Below are positions 36,455-44,761 of a stretch of 64,000 nt of DNA, in pieces (position 1 is the first letter of the stretch; every line of letters begins with the position of its first letter). The notes beneath the pieces were generated by a model that saw nothing but the letters and a program-made list of their open reading frames with translations, was not told the origin of the DNA and did not search any database. Made by a program: the position numbers and the translations under genes. This DNA comes from an archaeon (GTDB taxonomy: Archaea > Undinarchaeota > CAZHTU01 > JBDRCC01), in NCBI GenBank assembly GCA_043822065.1, contig JBDRCC010000020.1:1-64000 (forward strand), written 5' to 3'.

Positions 36455-37740
36455 AATCCCAAGTCCGTCGGAGCCCTTCCCAGCCTCTTCAGCAGGGCTA
36501 CGGTCTCATCGACGCTGTCCGCAGCCTCCGAGCCGCTTCCTGCCTTGTCCGGGTATATTGAATACAGCATCTTGTACTTTTTAGGCGTGACGTTAACCAT
36601 CAGCGAGTTCCCGCCAGACTTAAGCCCCTTCTCCTTCCCTTCCCTGCCAAGTGTCTCGACAGCAGTCGTTACAAGTATCTTCGCGTCCGGCTGCATAAGC
36701 CTTGAAACAGCGAGCGCCTTCATAGCCAGCTCCAGCGGCGGCTGCGCCTCCTTTCCCAGCGGCGTGTCAGGGTGCGGGATGAACGGCCCGAAGGAGTACA
36801 TCTCAGTCCCGAGCTCCTTTGTAAGCGCGATATCATTAACCAAGTCATCTTCCGTCTGCCCAGGAAGCCCAATCAGCCCCCCTGTCGCGATAAGGTAGCC
36901 CATCTTTCCAATCTCGCGTATCAGCTTCACCTTGTCTTCGAGCTTTTCTCCGGGGTGCAGCTTTGCATAAAGCTTAGGATTCGATGTCTCAAATCTCATC
37001 AGGCACGCCCTTGCGCCGGCGTCATAGAACTTCCTGTACGATTCCGCCGGCCTGTCCCCGAAGCTCACGAAAATCAGCGCACTGCACCTCTTCCAAACCT
37101 CGCGCACTACCCTTGCCAGGTCTTCGTCCGAATAATAGTCATCCTCGCCTGACTGTAAAACAAACGCTTTGAACCCAAGCTCCGTCGACGCCTTTTCCGC
37201 GGCTGCTATAATCTCGTCTGGCTCCATCCTGTACCTCTTCAACTCCTTGTTTCCTGCCCTCAGCCCGCAGTACTGGCAGTTCTGCTTGCAGTAGTTTGAG
37301 AACTCGATTATCCCGTGGACGCAGCATGCGTTCCCAAGAGCCCGGTGCCTCACCTGGTTTGCAGTCTCGTACAGCAGGCGGAGCTCGTTTTTGTCGGAAG
37401 TCTCCATCAGCCTGAGCCCGTCAGCCAAGCCCAAGTCAGGCGTCTGAGACGCCCTGTTGATTATCCGCCTAAACTCGCCAGAAACCTTTATGTCGTGGAC
37501 CTCTGCCTGCGCCTCGTCAGCTCCCTTCAGCTGGAAGAACAGCTCCCTCCATTCCTTTAATATCTCAAGCGCCTCATCCCCAGGTATCTTCCCCACGATA
37601 AAACCGCCCTGGGCGTAGACATATTCGCCAACTTTAGGCATTATAAGGTCCGCCCTTGCTTTCCTTATCTCGCCAAAATACTCAACATCAGCGTTCTGCC
37701 CGCTTATCGCAGCAACTCTGCCGGGTATCGCATAGCACAT
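36451..37740 (-). CDS. hydE: HypC/HupF-like domain fused to [FeFe]-hydrogenase maturase HydE
   Basis: N-terminus MCYAIPGRV...VGEYVYAQGGF; GIIEFSNYCKQNCQYCGLR, LQSGED, ETSN..LY..LHP, GPFIPHPDTPL, YSIYP. Confidence 0.88.
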   Translation of the reverse strand: MCYAIPGRVAAISGQNADVEYFGEIRKARADLIMPKVGEYVYAQGGFIVGKIPGDEALEILKEWRELFFQLKGADEAQAEVHDIKVSGEFRRIINRASQTPDLGLADGLRLMETSDKNELRLLYETANQVRHRALGNACCVHGIIEFSNYCKQNCQYCGLRAGNKELKRYRMEPDEIIAAAEKASTELGFKAFVLQSGEDDYYSDEDLARVVREVWKRCSALIFVSFGDRPAESYRKFYDAGARACLMRFETSNPKLYAKLHPGEKLEDKVKLIREIGKMGYLIATGGLIGLPGQTEDDLVNDIALTKELGTEMYSFGPFIPHPDTPLGKEAQPPLELAMKALAVSRLMQPDAKILVTTAVETLGREGKEKGLKSGGNSLMVNVTPKKYKMLYSIYPDKAGSGSEAADSVDETVALLKRLGRAPTDLGL

Positions 37741-37800
37741 GCTATCCCTTTACTACCGTATTATAAATAATTTCTGCCCAGCCGCAACGCCGATGCAATA

Positions 37801-37856
37801 AGTTAGGCAAAACTAACTCTACAGAACATTTATATACAAGTTAGCCTAAACTAACT
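37801..37856. promoter_or_regulatory. Two DtxR-type operators flanking the TATA box of dtxR-feoAB
   Basis: AGTTAG-gcaaaa-CTAACT (37801-37818) and AGTTAG-cctaaa-CTAACT (37839-37856) around tttatata. Confidence 0.85.
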
Positions 37857-37861
37857 CTCCA

Positions 37862-38272
37862 ATGAAAAACAAAACGCGAGAGGACTACCTTCGTGCAATA
37901 TTCCTAATCTACGAAACCCAAACTAGAAACCTGGCTGGGGTAAAATCAGTCGATATCGCGAAATCCCTGGCGGTTTCAAAGCCGAGCGTTTCCAGCATGG
38001 TTTCCAAGCTTTCAAAGGAGGGGCTTGTCCGGGCTCATCCCTATGGATTGGTATTCCTTACAAAGAAAGGGATCTCTGAGGCAAAGAAAATAACAAAAAA
38101 GCACAGGGTAATCGAGGTTTTCCTGACTGATATCCTTGGCTACGCGATTAACGAAGCAGAAGACGAGGCTCACCGGCTTGAGCACGCGTTTTCTGACGAG
38201 TCCATAAAACGGCTCTCTAAGTTCCTAAACAATCCACGGAGGTGCCCGCATGGCAACAGAATCTATAGTTAG
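37862..38272 (+). CDS. DtxR/MntR family metal-dependent repressor
   Basis: EDYLRAI, SVSSM, HRVIE.FL, EAHRLEHA, CPHG. Confidence 0.93.
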   Translation: MKNKTREDYLRAIFLIYETQTRNLAGVKSVDIAKSLAVSKPSVSSMVSKLSKEGLVRAHPYGLVFLTKKGISEAKKITKKHRVIEVFLTDILGYAINEAEDEAHRLEHAFSDESIKRLSKFLNNPRRCPHGNRIYS

Positions 38273-38519
38273 CAAGGTCCCCCTTACCTCCATAAAACCC
38301 GGCGAAAAAGCAGTTATAAAACAGATACATGGGGGCGTCGCCGCAACACAGCGGCTTACGGATATGGGGCTTACAATCGGAACAGAAATTGAAGTTACGA
38401 AATGTGCCCCCTTCCTGGGCCCGGTCTGCATACGCGTCCGCAACTCCTGCCTTGCGATAGGCTATGGGCTCGCTTCAAAGATTTCTGTGGTGAAGAAACT
38501 TGAACGAAAAAAAGCTTAG
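38250..38519 (+). CDS. feoA: Ferrous iron transport protein FeoA
   Basis: RLTDMGLTIG, APFLGP, LAIG..LASKI. Confidence 0.92.
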   Translation: MATESIVSKVPLTSIKPGEKAVIKQIHGGVAATQRLTDMGLTIGTEIEVTKCAPFLGPVCIRVRNSCLAIGYGLASKISVVKKLERKKA

Positions 38520-40419
38520 GATAGTGCTCGCTGGGAATGCCAACGTCGGCAAGAGCGTCCTCTTCAACGCCTTAACCGGCATGCACCAGCACATAGGCAA
38601 CTGGCCCGGAAAGACCATAGAAAAGGCAGAGGGCACTTTCTACTTCCATGACTACTTAATAGACGTCATAGACCTCCCAGGCATCTATTCCCTCTCCACC
38701 TTTTCAATCGAGGAGAAGATTTCCAGGGATTATATCGCCTTAGAAAATCCAGACGTCGTAATAAACGTTATAGATGCCTCTGTGCTTGAACGAAACCTTT
38801 TCTTCACCCTCCAGCTAATCGAGATGGGCGCCCCTCTCGTCGTTGCACTAAACCAGGTGGACCTAGCCAAGAAGAAAGGGATAACAATCGACCACGAAAA
38901 ATTATCAGAATTGCTTGGCGTCTCTGTTGTTCCGACGGTTGCAATCAAAGACAAAGGCATATCCGCGCTTCTTGCAGAGGTCGTTTCAGTTTCCAAACAA
39001 AAACAAAGGAGGCATGAGCTAAAATACGGCAAACAGGTCGAAGAGAAGATATCAGAAATAAGCAGGCTTCTCAAAAAACACCCACCTCTCTACCCTCCAA
39101 GGTGGATGGCAATCAAGCTCCTGGAAAAAGACCATGAAATAACAAAGCAGGCAGACTCCTCAATAGTCTCAAGGGCGGGGGTTCTCTCAAAACAGCTCGA
39201 GAAAATCCATGGCGAGACCTCTAGTGCAGTGATATCTGGCGAGCGGTACTTCATCGCGTCTGGCGTTGCAAAAAAGACGATGAAAAAAATCGAATACAAG
39301 GAGACCCGTTCCGACCGGGTCGACTACTGGGCAACCCACAGGATATTTGGCTATCCTATAATGCTCTTTTCCGTCCTTTTAACGTTCTTCGCCATCTTTT
39401 CCTTTGGCAACTATGCCTCCGAACTAATGGTCTCCTGGTTCGCTAACAGCCACCTCCTTGTTAACCTGGTCTTCGGCAGCGGCGCGTTATCCGAAATTGT
39501 ATGGAGCGCATTGGAGGGGCTGATTGCCGGCGTCACCATCGCACTTCCATACATCATCCCTTTCTACGTCGCCCTCTCTCTTCTCGAGGACACGGGATAC
39601 CTCTCAAGGGTCGCCTTCCTAACGGACAAGATAATGCACCAAATCGGATTGCACGGAAAGGCGTTTATCCCGCTCATACTCGGCTTTGGGTGCAACGTCC
39701 CTGCCTGCCTTGGCTGCAGGATAATGGAGCGCTACCGTGAGCGGTTCATAACCGCTTTTCTCGCGACCCTCGTGCCGTGCGCCGCGAGGACGGTCATCAT
39801 TATGGGGCTGGTTGCCGCGTATGTCGGCTTCGAATGGGCGATTGCCCTCTACCTTTTCGACATACTCATAATCTTCTTGCTGGGGAAGCTTGCAAACCGC
39901 GTGATGCCAGGCGAGCCGGTCGGGCTCATACTCGAGATGCACGCCCTCAGGAAGCCCTCAATAAAAATAGCGTTCAGCCAGGCGTGGTTCCGCGTGAAGG
40001 ACTTTATAACCGTGGCATTTCCAATAATCATAGCCAGCAGCATCGTAATAAAAATATTCGATATCTTCGGCCTTCTTACAAAACTCTCTGACCTGCTTTC
40101 GCCCGTAACGGTAGGATGGCTCGGCCTTCCATCCATAGTCGGGCTAATCCTAATCTTCGGGATACTGCGAAAGGAGCTTATCCTAATCATGCTCGCAACA
40201 CTTGTCGGCACCACCAACTTCGCTTCGGCGCTGAGCCCGCTGCAGATGCTAACTCTTGCCATTGTTACCATGCTCTACGTACCATGCGTCGCAACAATAG
40301 TGGCCCTGAAGAAGGAATTTGGCTGGAAAAAGGCAATCGGGATATCCGCTTTCGAGGTATTTTTTGCGATACTTGTTGCAGGCCTCGTGATGAGGGTGCT
40401 GGCGTTCGCTGTTTTTTGA
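38500..40419 (+). CDS. feoB: Ferrous iron transport protein FeoB
   Basis: [34 protein letters not shown]. Confidence 0.96.
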   Translation: MNEKKLRIVLAGNANVGKSVLFNALTGMHQHIGNWPGKTIEKAEGTFYFHDYLIDVIDLPGIYSLSTFSIEEKISRDYIALENPDVVINVIDASVLERNLFFTLQLIEMGAPLVVALNQVDLAKKKGITIDHEKLSELLGVSVVPTVAIKDKGISALLAEVVSVSKQKQRRHELKYGKQVEEKISEISRLLKKHPPLYPPRWMAIKLLEKDHEITKQADSSIVSRAGVLSKQLEKIHGETSSAVISGERYFIASGVAKKTMKKIEYKETRSDRVDYWATHRIFGYPIMLFSVLLTFFAIFSFGNYASELMVSWFANSHLLVNLVFGSGALSEIVWSALEGLIAGVTIALPYIIPFYVALSLLEDTGYLSRVAFLTDKIMHQIGLHGKAFIPLILGFGCNVPACLGCRIMERYRERFITAFLATLVPCAARTVIIMGLVAAYVGFEWAIALYLFDILIIFLLGKLANRVMPGEPVGLILEMHALRKPSIKIAFSQAWFRVKDFITVAFPIIIASSIVIKIFDIFGLLTKLSDLLSPVTVGWLGLPSIVGLILIFGILRKELILIMLATLVGTTNFASALSPLQMLTLAIVTMLYVPCVATIVALKKEFGWKKAIGISAFEVFFAILVAGLVMRVLAFAVF

Positions 40420-40425
40420 TTTCTT

Positions 40426-41208
40426 TTAAAGCACTGGCCTTCTTTTCTTCATCTCAGCCATGTCCATGACCTCTACTTTGGGTTTTATCCCCTCGTAATA
40501 AGTCCTCACATTAAGCCCCTCAAACTTTTTCTTTAGTTTGGTTATCTCCTCTTCAGAGACTACTTCAATGCCTTTTCTCTTCCAGGGGACGTTTACGTAG
40601 GTCATATCCGGTTTTATCTTCCTCGCAAGCGCGGCCATTTTAGCAGCTGAACCCTTATTCTCATTCAAAAGCATCATCTGGAGGCAGAACTTCCCCTGAA
40701 ATCCCTTCCTGAATTTCCCTATTCCTTCGACCACTTCATCAAATTCGATCCCCATTGCCGGCCGGTTGACTTTCTTGAATGTTTTTCCATCAGCCGCATC
40801 AAGGGTCGCAACGACCATGTCCATCTTTTCCAGGTCATTTCTGACATCCCCCCTATGTAGAAGGCTTCCGTTCGTGAGAATTGCAACTGGTGTTTTCTCA
40901 TGCTTCGTGCCCTTCAGCGTTTTTCTTATCTCGTCCACCATCTCTCCAAGATTTTCCGCAAGCGTCGGCTCTCCAGTCCCAGAAAAAGTTATTATGTCAA
41001 ATTTTGGGTTTTTCTTGAGCGCATCCTGCAGGTCTTTACCAACAGCCCCTGTCCCGACAAAGACCCGCCTCGCGGCAGTTTTTTCAGTAGTGCTTCCCAG
41101 CTGGCAATAAATGCAGTCAAACGTGCACACTTTCCGCCTTGATATGGGGTCGACTCCAAGAGACCTCCCGAGCCGCCAGGAAGGCACTGGCCCGTATATC
41201 GTGCTCAT
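40426..41208 (-). CDS. Radical SAM Fe-S oxidoreductase
   Basis: YGPVPSWRLGRSLGVD, CTFDCIYC, GTGEPTL. Confidence 0.9.
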   Translation of the reverse strand: MSTIYGPVPSWRLGRSLGVDPISRRKVCTFDCIYCQLGSTTEKTAARRVFVGTGAVGKDLQDALKKNPKFDIITFSGTGEPTLAENLGEMVDEIRKTLKGTKHEKTPVAILTNGSLLHRGDVRNDLEKMDMVVATLDAADGKTFKKVNRPAMGIEFDEVVEGIGKFRKGFQGKFCLQMMLLNENKGSAAKMAALARKIKPDMTYVNVPWKRKGIEVVSEEEITKLKKKFEGLNVRTYYEGIKPKVEVMDMAEMKKRRPVL

Positions 41209-41567
41209 CTGGACCTATGCTCCTCACACACGTTCTGCAGGCTCGCACTTTCCAGCATCCCCTGCTTAAATGATTCGATAGCGTCTTTTGCAGTTCCCAT
41301 AGCCCCGACGTAGACAGCTACACCCATCCCACAAAGAAGCTGAAGCGCCCGCGGGCCGAGCTCCCTGCAGACCAAAACGTCCGCTCCAGTCCGTTTTATT
41401 ATCTCCGGCGGAAGCCCAGTTCCGCCCATGTGCGAGCTCGTGTTCGGGAAAACTTTTACTTCCGCGGTTCCAGTATCATAAAGCGTGTACGTCCCGCACC
41501 TTCCGAAGTGCTGGGCTACAGGCGCGCCAAGCCCTCCATCTCCATCAGTTGGTATGCATAGTCTCAT
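41205..41567 (-). CDS. NifB/NifX family (dinitrogenase Fe-Mo cofactor domain) protein
   Basis: HFGRC, LGPRA, terminal CEEH. Confidence 0.88.
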   Translation of the reverse strand: MRLCIPTDGDGGLGAPVAQHFGRCGTYTLYDTGTAEVKVFPNTSSHMGGTGLPPEIIKRTGADVLVCRELGPRALQLLCGMGVAVYVGAMGTAKDAIESFKQGMLESASLQNVCEEHRSR

Positions 41568-41821
41568 TTGCCCATTGCCTCCCTTCCCCTGCCCTTGTAT
41601 CCGATAAAGGCGAGAATCCCTGACGCAACCAGAAGTGCCTTCTCAAGCAGCGTCGGCAAAAATAATGCCATGGATAGGAGCATGGTTGGCAGCATGTACC
41701 TCCTGTACCAGCACCTGTCCTGCAGCGACGTCAAGTAGAATACAAAAGAGAATACGATAGCGCTTACCGCGATTGGAAGTGTCCCATAGGACTGTATGCT
41801 CTGGAGTATTGTCTCAAACAT
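41564..41821 (-). CDS. Small membrane protein
   Basis: Hydrophobic, translationally coupled within the operon. Confidence 0.6.
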   Translation of the reverse strand: MFETILQSIQSYGTLPIAVSAIVFSFVFYLTSLQDRCWYRRYMLPTMLLSMALFLPTLLEKALLVASGILAFIGYKGRGREAMGK

Positions 41822-42160
41822 TTATCTCATCCCTCCTCTTAGTCTGTTGCGGTCCCTGCCGAGGCCGTATGCCATCTGGTAGCTTCCGCCCTCTATTCGG
41901 ATTGCCTTTCCATTAACTAGGGCATCCGAAACCTTCTTCCTTGCCGAAGAGAGTATCCTGTGGAATGTTGGCTGGGAGACGTCCATCTTCCTTGCTGCCT
42001 CGTCCTGGCTCAGCCCCATCGAGTCCCCAAGCCTCAGAGCCTCAAGCTCGTCTCTCATAAGAACCTCGAACTCCAGCTGGTTTGCAGGTATTCCTGCCGG
42101 CTTGTACAAGCAGACTTCCGGCTCGAAAAAGACCCGCCTAAACCTTCTTGGTCTCGGCAT
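41822..42160 (-). CDS. DUF134 DNA-binding protein
   Basis: MPRPRR, ELEALRL.D, Q.EAA..M.VSQPTF.RIL..AR.K, GKAIRIEGG. Confidence 0.92.
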   Translation of the reverse strand: MPRPRRFRRVFFEPEVCLYKPAGIPANQLEFEVLMRDELEALRLGDSMGLSQDEAARKMDVSQPTFHRILSSARKKVSDALVNGKAIRIEGGSYQMAYGLGRDRNRLRGGMR

Positions 42161-42449
42161 CCACAGCCTCCCTGACGGTTTTTCCAGTTACCACTTTTGC
42201 GGCGACCTTTCCGTCATCCAAAGCCATTTTCATATTTCCGCCGAAGTTTCCAGCGACTACCTGCTTAACCTTCTCATTGACAAGCATCCTGGCGACAGCG
42301 AATCCCGCGCCTCCACCTAACCTGAATGGGTTCTTTATTGCCTTAACCAGCTTGCCGCCCTCAAAAATAAGATAGTAGGGTGCCTGGCCGCTTACCTGGC
42401 TTACTTTCGAGTCCTCAGTTTCACCTTCCGAAGCAACTGCAACTTTCAT
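42138..42449 (-). CDS. NifB/NifX family protein
   Basis: MKVAVAS, APYYLI, NPF...GGAG, GNFG. Confidence 0.85.
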   Translation of the reverse strand: MKVAVASEGETEDSKVSQVSGQAPYYLIFEGGKLVKAIKNPFRLGGGAGFAVARMLVNEKVKQVVAGNFGGNMKMALDDGKVAAKVVTGKTVREAVDAETKKV

Positions 42450-42949
42450 TTCCACACCTCCATTATCCGCTCAACAACAATTCCCTGCAAAAAGGAAAAG
42501 CTGATTATTACAAACGTCAGCACAATGGTATACGCAGCCCCAAAATAGATAATCATCATGGGCATCAGCGGGACCTTTATCGCCCTTGTGTACAGAAATG
42601 CCGCCACCAGCCCGTTCCTTGCCCCCTTCTGCTGTATGTCCTGCAGGAGAGGGTACCACATGTACAGCGGCCCAGTCGAGATGATTCCCCCGACTATGGC
42701 AACGAGCCAGCCATTGAGACCAGATTCTTTCCCCATGTACCTCGCAATCGTGTCCGGGCTGACGTAGTAGTTGACTACCGCCATAAGGCCGAATATGATG
42801 AAAAGGATAGGCACTACCTTTACGAATATCTGATAGGCAAAGCCAAGGCTCAGCGCGAATACCTCAAAGGAAAAAGCCCCTGTGAGGGCATAGAGCAACA
42901 GGACAATTCCAAGAAAATACCAGCTAGCGTAGCTCGTTTCGCTCCTCAT
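42446..42949 (-). CDS. Split DUF318-type permease, subunit 2
   Basis: GIISTGPLYMWYPLL, FLYTRAIKVP. Confidence 0.8.
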   Translation of the reverse strand: MRSETSYASWYFLGIVLLLYALTGAFSFEVFALSLGFAYQIFVKVVPILFIIFGLMAVVNYYVSPDTIARYMGKESGLNGWLVAIVGGIISTGPLYMWYPLLQDIQQKGARNGLVAAFLYTRAIKVPLMPMMIIYFGAAYTIVLTFVIISFSFLQGIVVERIMEVWK

Positions 42950-43362
42950 AACATCACCACTATGCCGGCCGTGACAAGCGCAACAGCAATGGAAAGAATA
43001 AAACTGCAGAGATTCCTGGTCAATGCAAACTTTTTTCCGAGCATGATGGACTCTGCTGGAAGCGTGACAACGCCGACAGTTACCCACGCAACTATAAACG
43101 CGGTAACCGCCACGAGGCTGACGCCCTGGCCCAGGAGCTCACCGCCTATTACGTAGCTTGTCACGGGATTCCCCGCTAGTATGCTGCCAGCCGCGCTTCC
43201 GATTACAGAGTCGGCGAGAAGGCTGTGGCCAAAAACCTTCCCGTAGGCTGACTTTGGTATAAGCGCGTTGGCAAGGCTTACCAATAGAACGACCCCTACC
43301 AAAACCGGCAGGCTCTTCCATATGGCCCTTCCTGCCCTGCTTACTGCGCCTTTTACGTCCAC
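42946..43362 (-). CDS. Split DUF318-type permease, subunit 1
   Basis: GSILAGNPVTSYVIGGELL..GV, AWVTVG...LPAE..MLGKKFA..RN. Confidence 0.8.
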   Translation of the reverse strand: MDVKGAVSRAGRAIWKSLPVLVGVVLLVSLANALIPKSAYGKVFGHSLLADSVIGSAAGSILAGNPVTSYVIGGELLGQGVSLVAVTAFIVAWVTVGVVTLPAESIMLGKKFALTRNLCSFILSIAVALVTAGIVVML

Positions 43363-43363
43363 T

Positions 43364-43639
43364 TTACTTTAGTTCCTTAAGCCTCTTTTCTATTTCAGCC
43401 TTTTCGGCTTCAATTTCCTTCAAATCGGCTTCAAGGAACTTTTTCTCGTCTTCCTTGGTGTAGGCTGGCTCTGGGTATCCATACGTGGGCGGATACATTC
43501 CCCTCCCAGTATAACCTCTTCCGAAGCCCCTGCCAAAGCCCCTTCCAAATACCCTGCCCCTTCCCGGGCAGCAGTACCCGAAACCCCTTCCGGTCGTCGG
43601 GCCTTCTCCAGATGGTCCTGTCCTGTCATATCCTGGCAT
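43364..43639 (-). CDS. DUF5320 family protein
   Basis: MPGYDRTGP.G.GP.TGRG.GYC, GRGF repeats, C-terminal coiled coil; AGGTGA RBS. Confidence 0.88.
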   Translation of the reverse strand: MPGYDRTGPSGEGPTTGRGFGYCCPGRGRVFGRGFGRGFGRGYTGRGMYPPTYGYPEPAYTKEDEKKFLEADLKEIEAEKAEIEKRLKELK

Positions 43640-43652
43640 GCAATTCACCTCA

Positions 43653-43672
43653 TTATGAATATATATTCATAA
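43653..43672. promoter_or_regulatory. Perfect 20-bp palindrome at the start of the DUF5320-DUF134 operon (putative operator)
   Basis: TTATGAATATATATTCATAA directly downstream of the - strand TATA (cttaaatag). Confidence 0.75.
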
Positions 43673-43746
43673 CTATTTAAGCCTATCGGCAGCAGTCTCT
43701 TGTAAACAATCCCAAAAAATAAATACTGCCCCCGCATTTCCCCTAT

Positions 43747-44229
43747 ATGGACTTCCAGCCGAAAGAGATTGGCAAAGCCTTCCTTTGGGTCATCCTCTGC
43801 CAGCTTGCAGGCGCCATCGGCTCAATCGCGACAGCCAGCTCAGTCTCGACATGGTACCAGGCACTGAACAAGCCGTGGTTCACCCCTCCGAATTGGGTTT
43901 TCGGGCCGATGTGGGTTACTATTTACACAATGATAGGCATCTCCGCCTACCTCATCTGGAAGCAGGGAATCCAGAAGCCGGAGGTAAAATACGCAATGCA
44001 GGTCTTCGGCATCCAGCTCCTGCTCAACACTTTATGGTCATTCGTCTTCTTCTGGCTCCGCTGGCCCATGGGAGGGTTCTTTTTCATCCTCATGGTCCTC
44101 GGCGTAGTAATATACAACGCCGCCCTATTCTACGAAATCTACAAGCCGGCAGGCTGGCTCTTCAGCCTTTACATCCTGTGGGGGAGCATCGCCACTGCGG
44201 TAGCGTTCTACGTCTGGCTCCTGAATTAG
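43747..44229 (+). CDS. tspO: TspO/MBR tryptophan-rich sensory protein
   Basis: WYQALNKPWFTPPNWVFGPMW, LNTLWS. Confidence 0.93.
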   Translation: MDFQPKEIGKAFLWVILCQLAGAIGSIATASSVSTWYQALNKPWFTPPNWVFGPMWVTIYTMIGISAYLIWKQGIQKPEVKYAMQVFGIQLLLNTLWSFVFFWLRWPMGGFFFILMVLGVVIYNAALFYEIYKPAGWLFSLYILWGSIATAVAFYVWLLN

Positions 44230-44255
44230 CTTCCAGACGCCCCTCCCAAAGCCTT

Positions 44256-44681
44256 CTACTTGAAGACCTTGGCAATCACTATCCCGATCAGCACGGTCTG
44301 CAGGAACGCCTGCACAGTCCAGGTCACGACCATCGCGCCGCTTATGAGGAACGTCGAGTAGCTCATAAGCATCCCCGGAATCCCGAGAAGGAATACCAGG
44401 AGCCCGAAGTGCGTGCCCTTCTTGCACAGCGTATCCGCCTTTATGGAGTCCTTGACGAAGTTGTAGACCACCGCCATGAACAGGCCGGCGAAGAACGGGT
44501 GGACGAACACATAAGACATCCACGGGTCGCTCCAGGGCCTGAAAATGCCTGCAGCCCCATACTCTGCCATGACCCCCGGCGCAACTATCTTGAAAACAGG
44601 CTGCAGGGCGAAGAAAACAACAAGCCCCACGACCAGCGCGCCGAGTGCCGAGATGATGATGCTCCTCCAGTCGAGCTTCAT
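44256..44681 (-). CDS. 4-TM membrane protein (DUF1761-like)
   Basis: Hydrophobic, KKGTHFGL..F; AGGTGA RBS. Confidence 0.65.
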   Translation of the reverse strand: MKLDWRSIIISALGALVVGLVVFFALQPVFKIVAPGVMAEYGAAGIFRPWSDPWMSYVFVHPFFAGLFMAVVYNFVKDSIKADTLCKKGTHFGLLVFLLGIPGMLMSYSTFLISGAMVVTWTVQAFLQTVLIGIVIAKVFK

Positions 44682-44761
44682 AAATCACCTAAACAAAACA
44701 AGTATATAATCCCTATAGCACCTCAAAAACCTATTTAAGCCATCCCCAATTTATTGCAATA

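Noticed and set aside
36451-37740. PylB (pyrrolysine biosynthesis), which would explain the in-frame TAG at 3439
   Set aside because: The motifs (GIIEFSNYC, GPFIPHPDTPL) and hydG adjacency fit HydE, and no pylSCD or tRNA-Pyl is seen
41205-42449. Nitrogen fixation
   Set aside because: Standalone NifB/NifX-domain proteins are widespread, and no nifHDK is present
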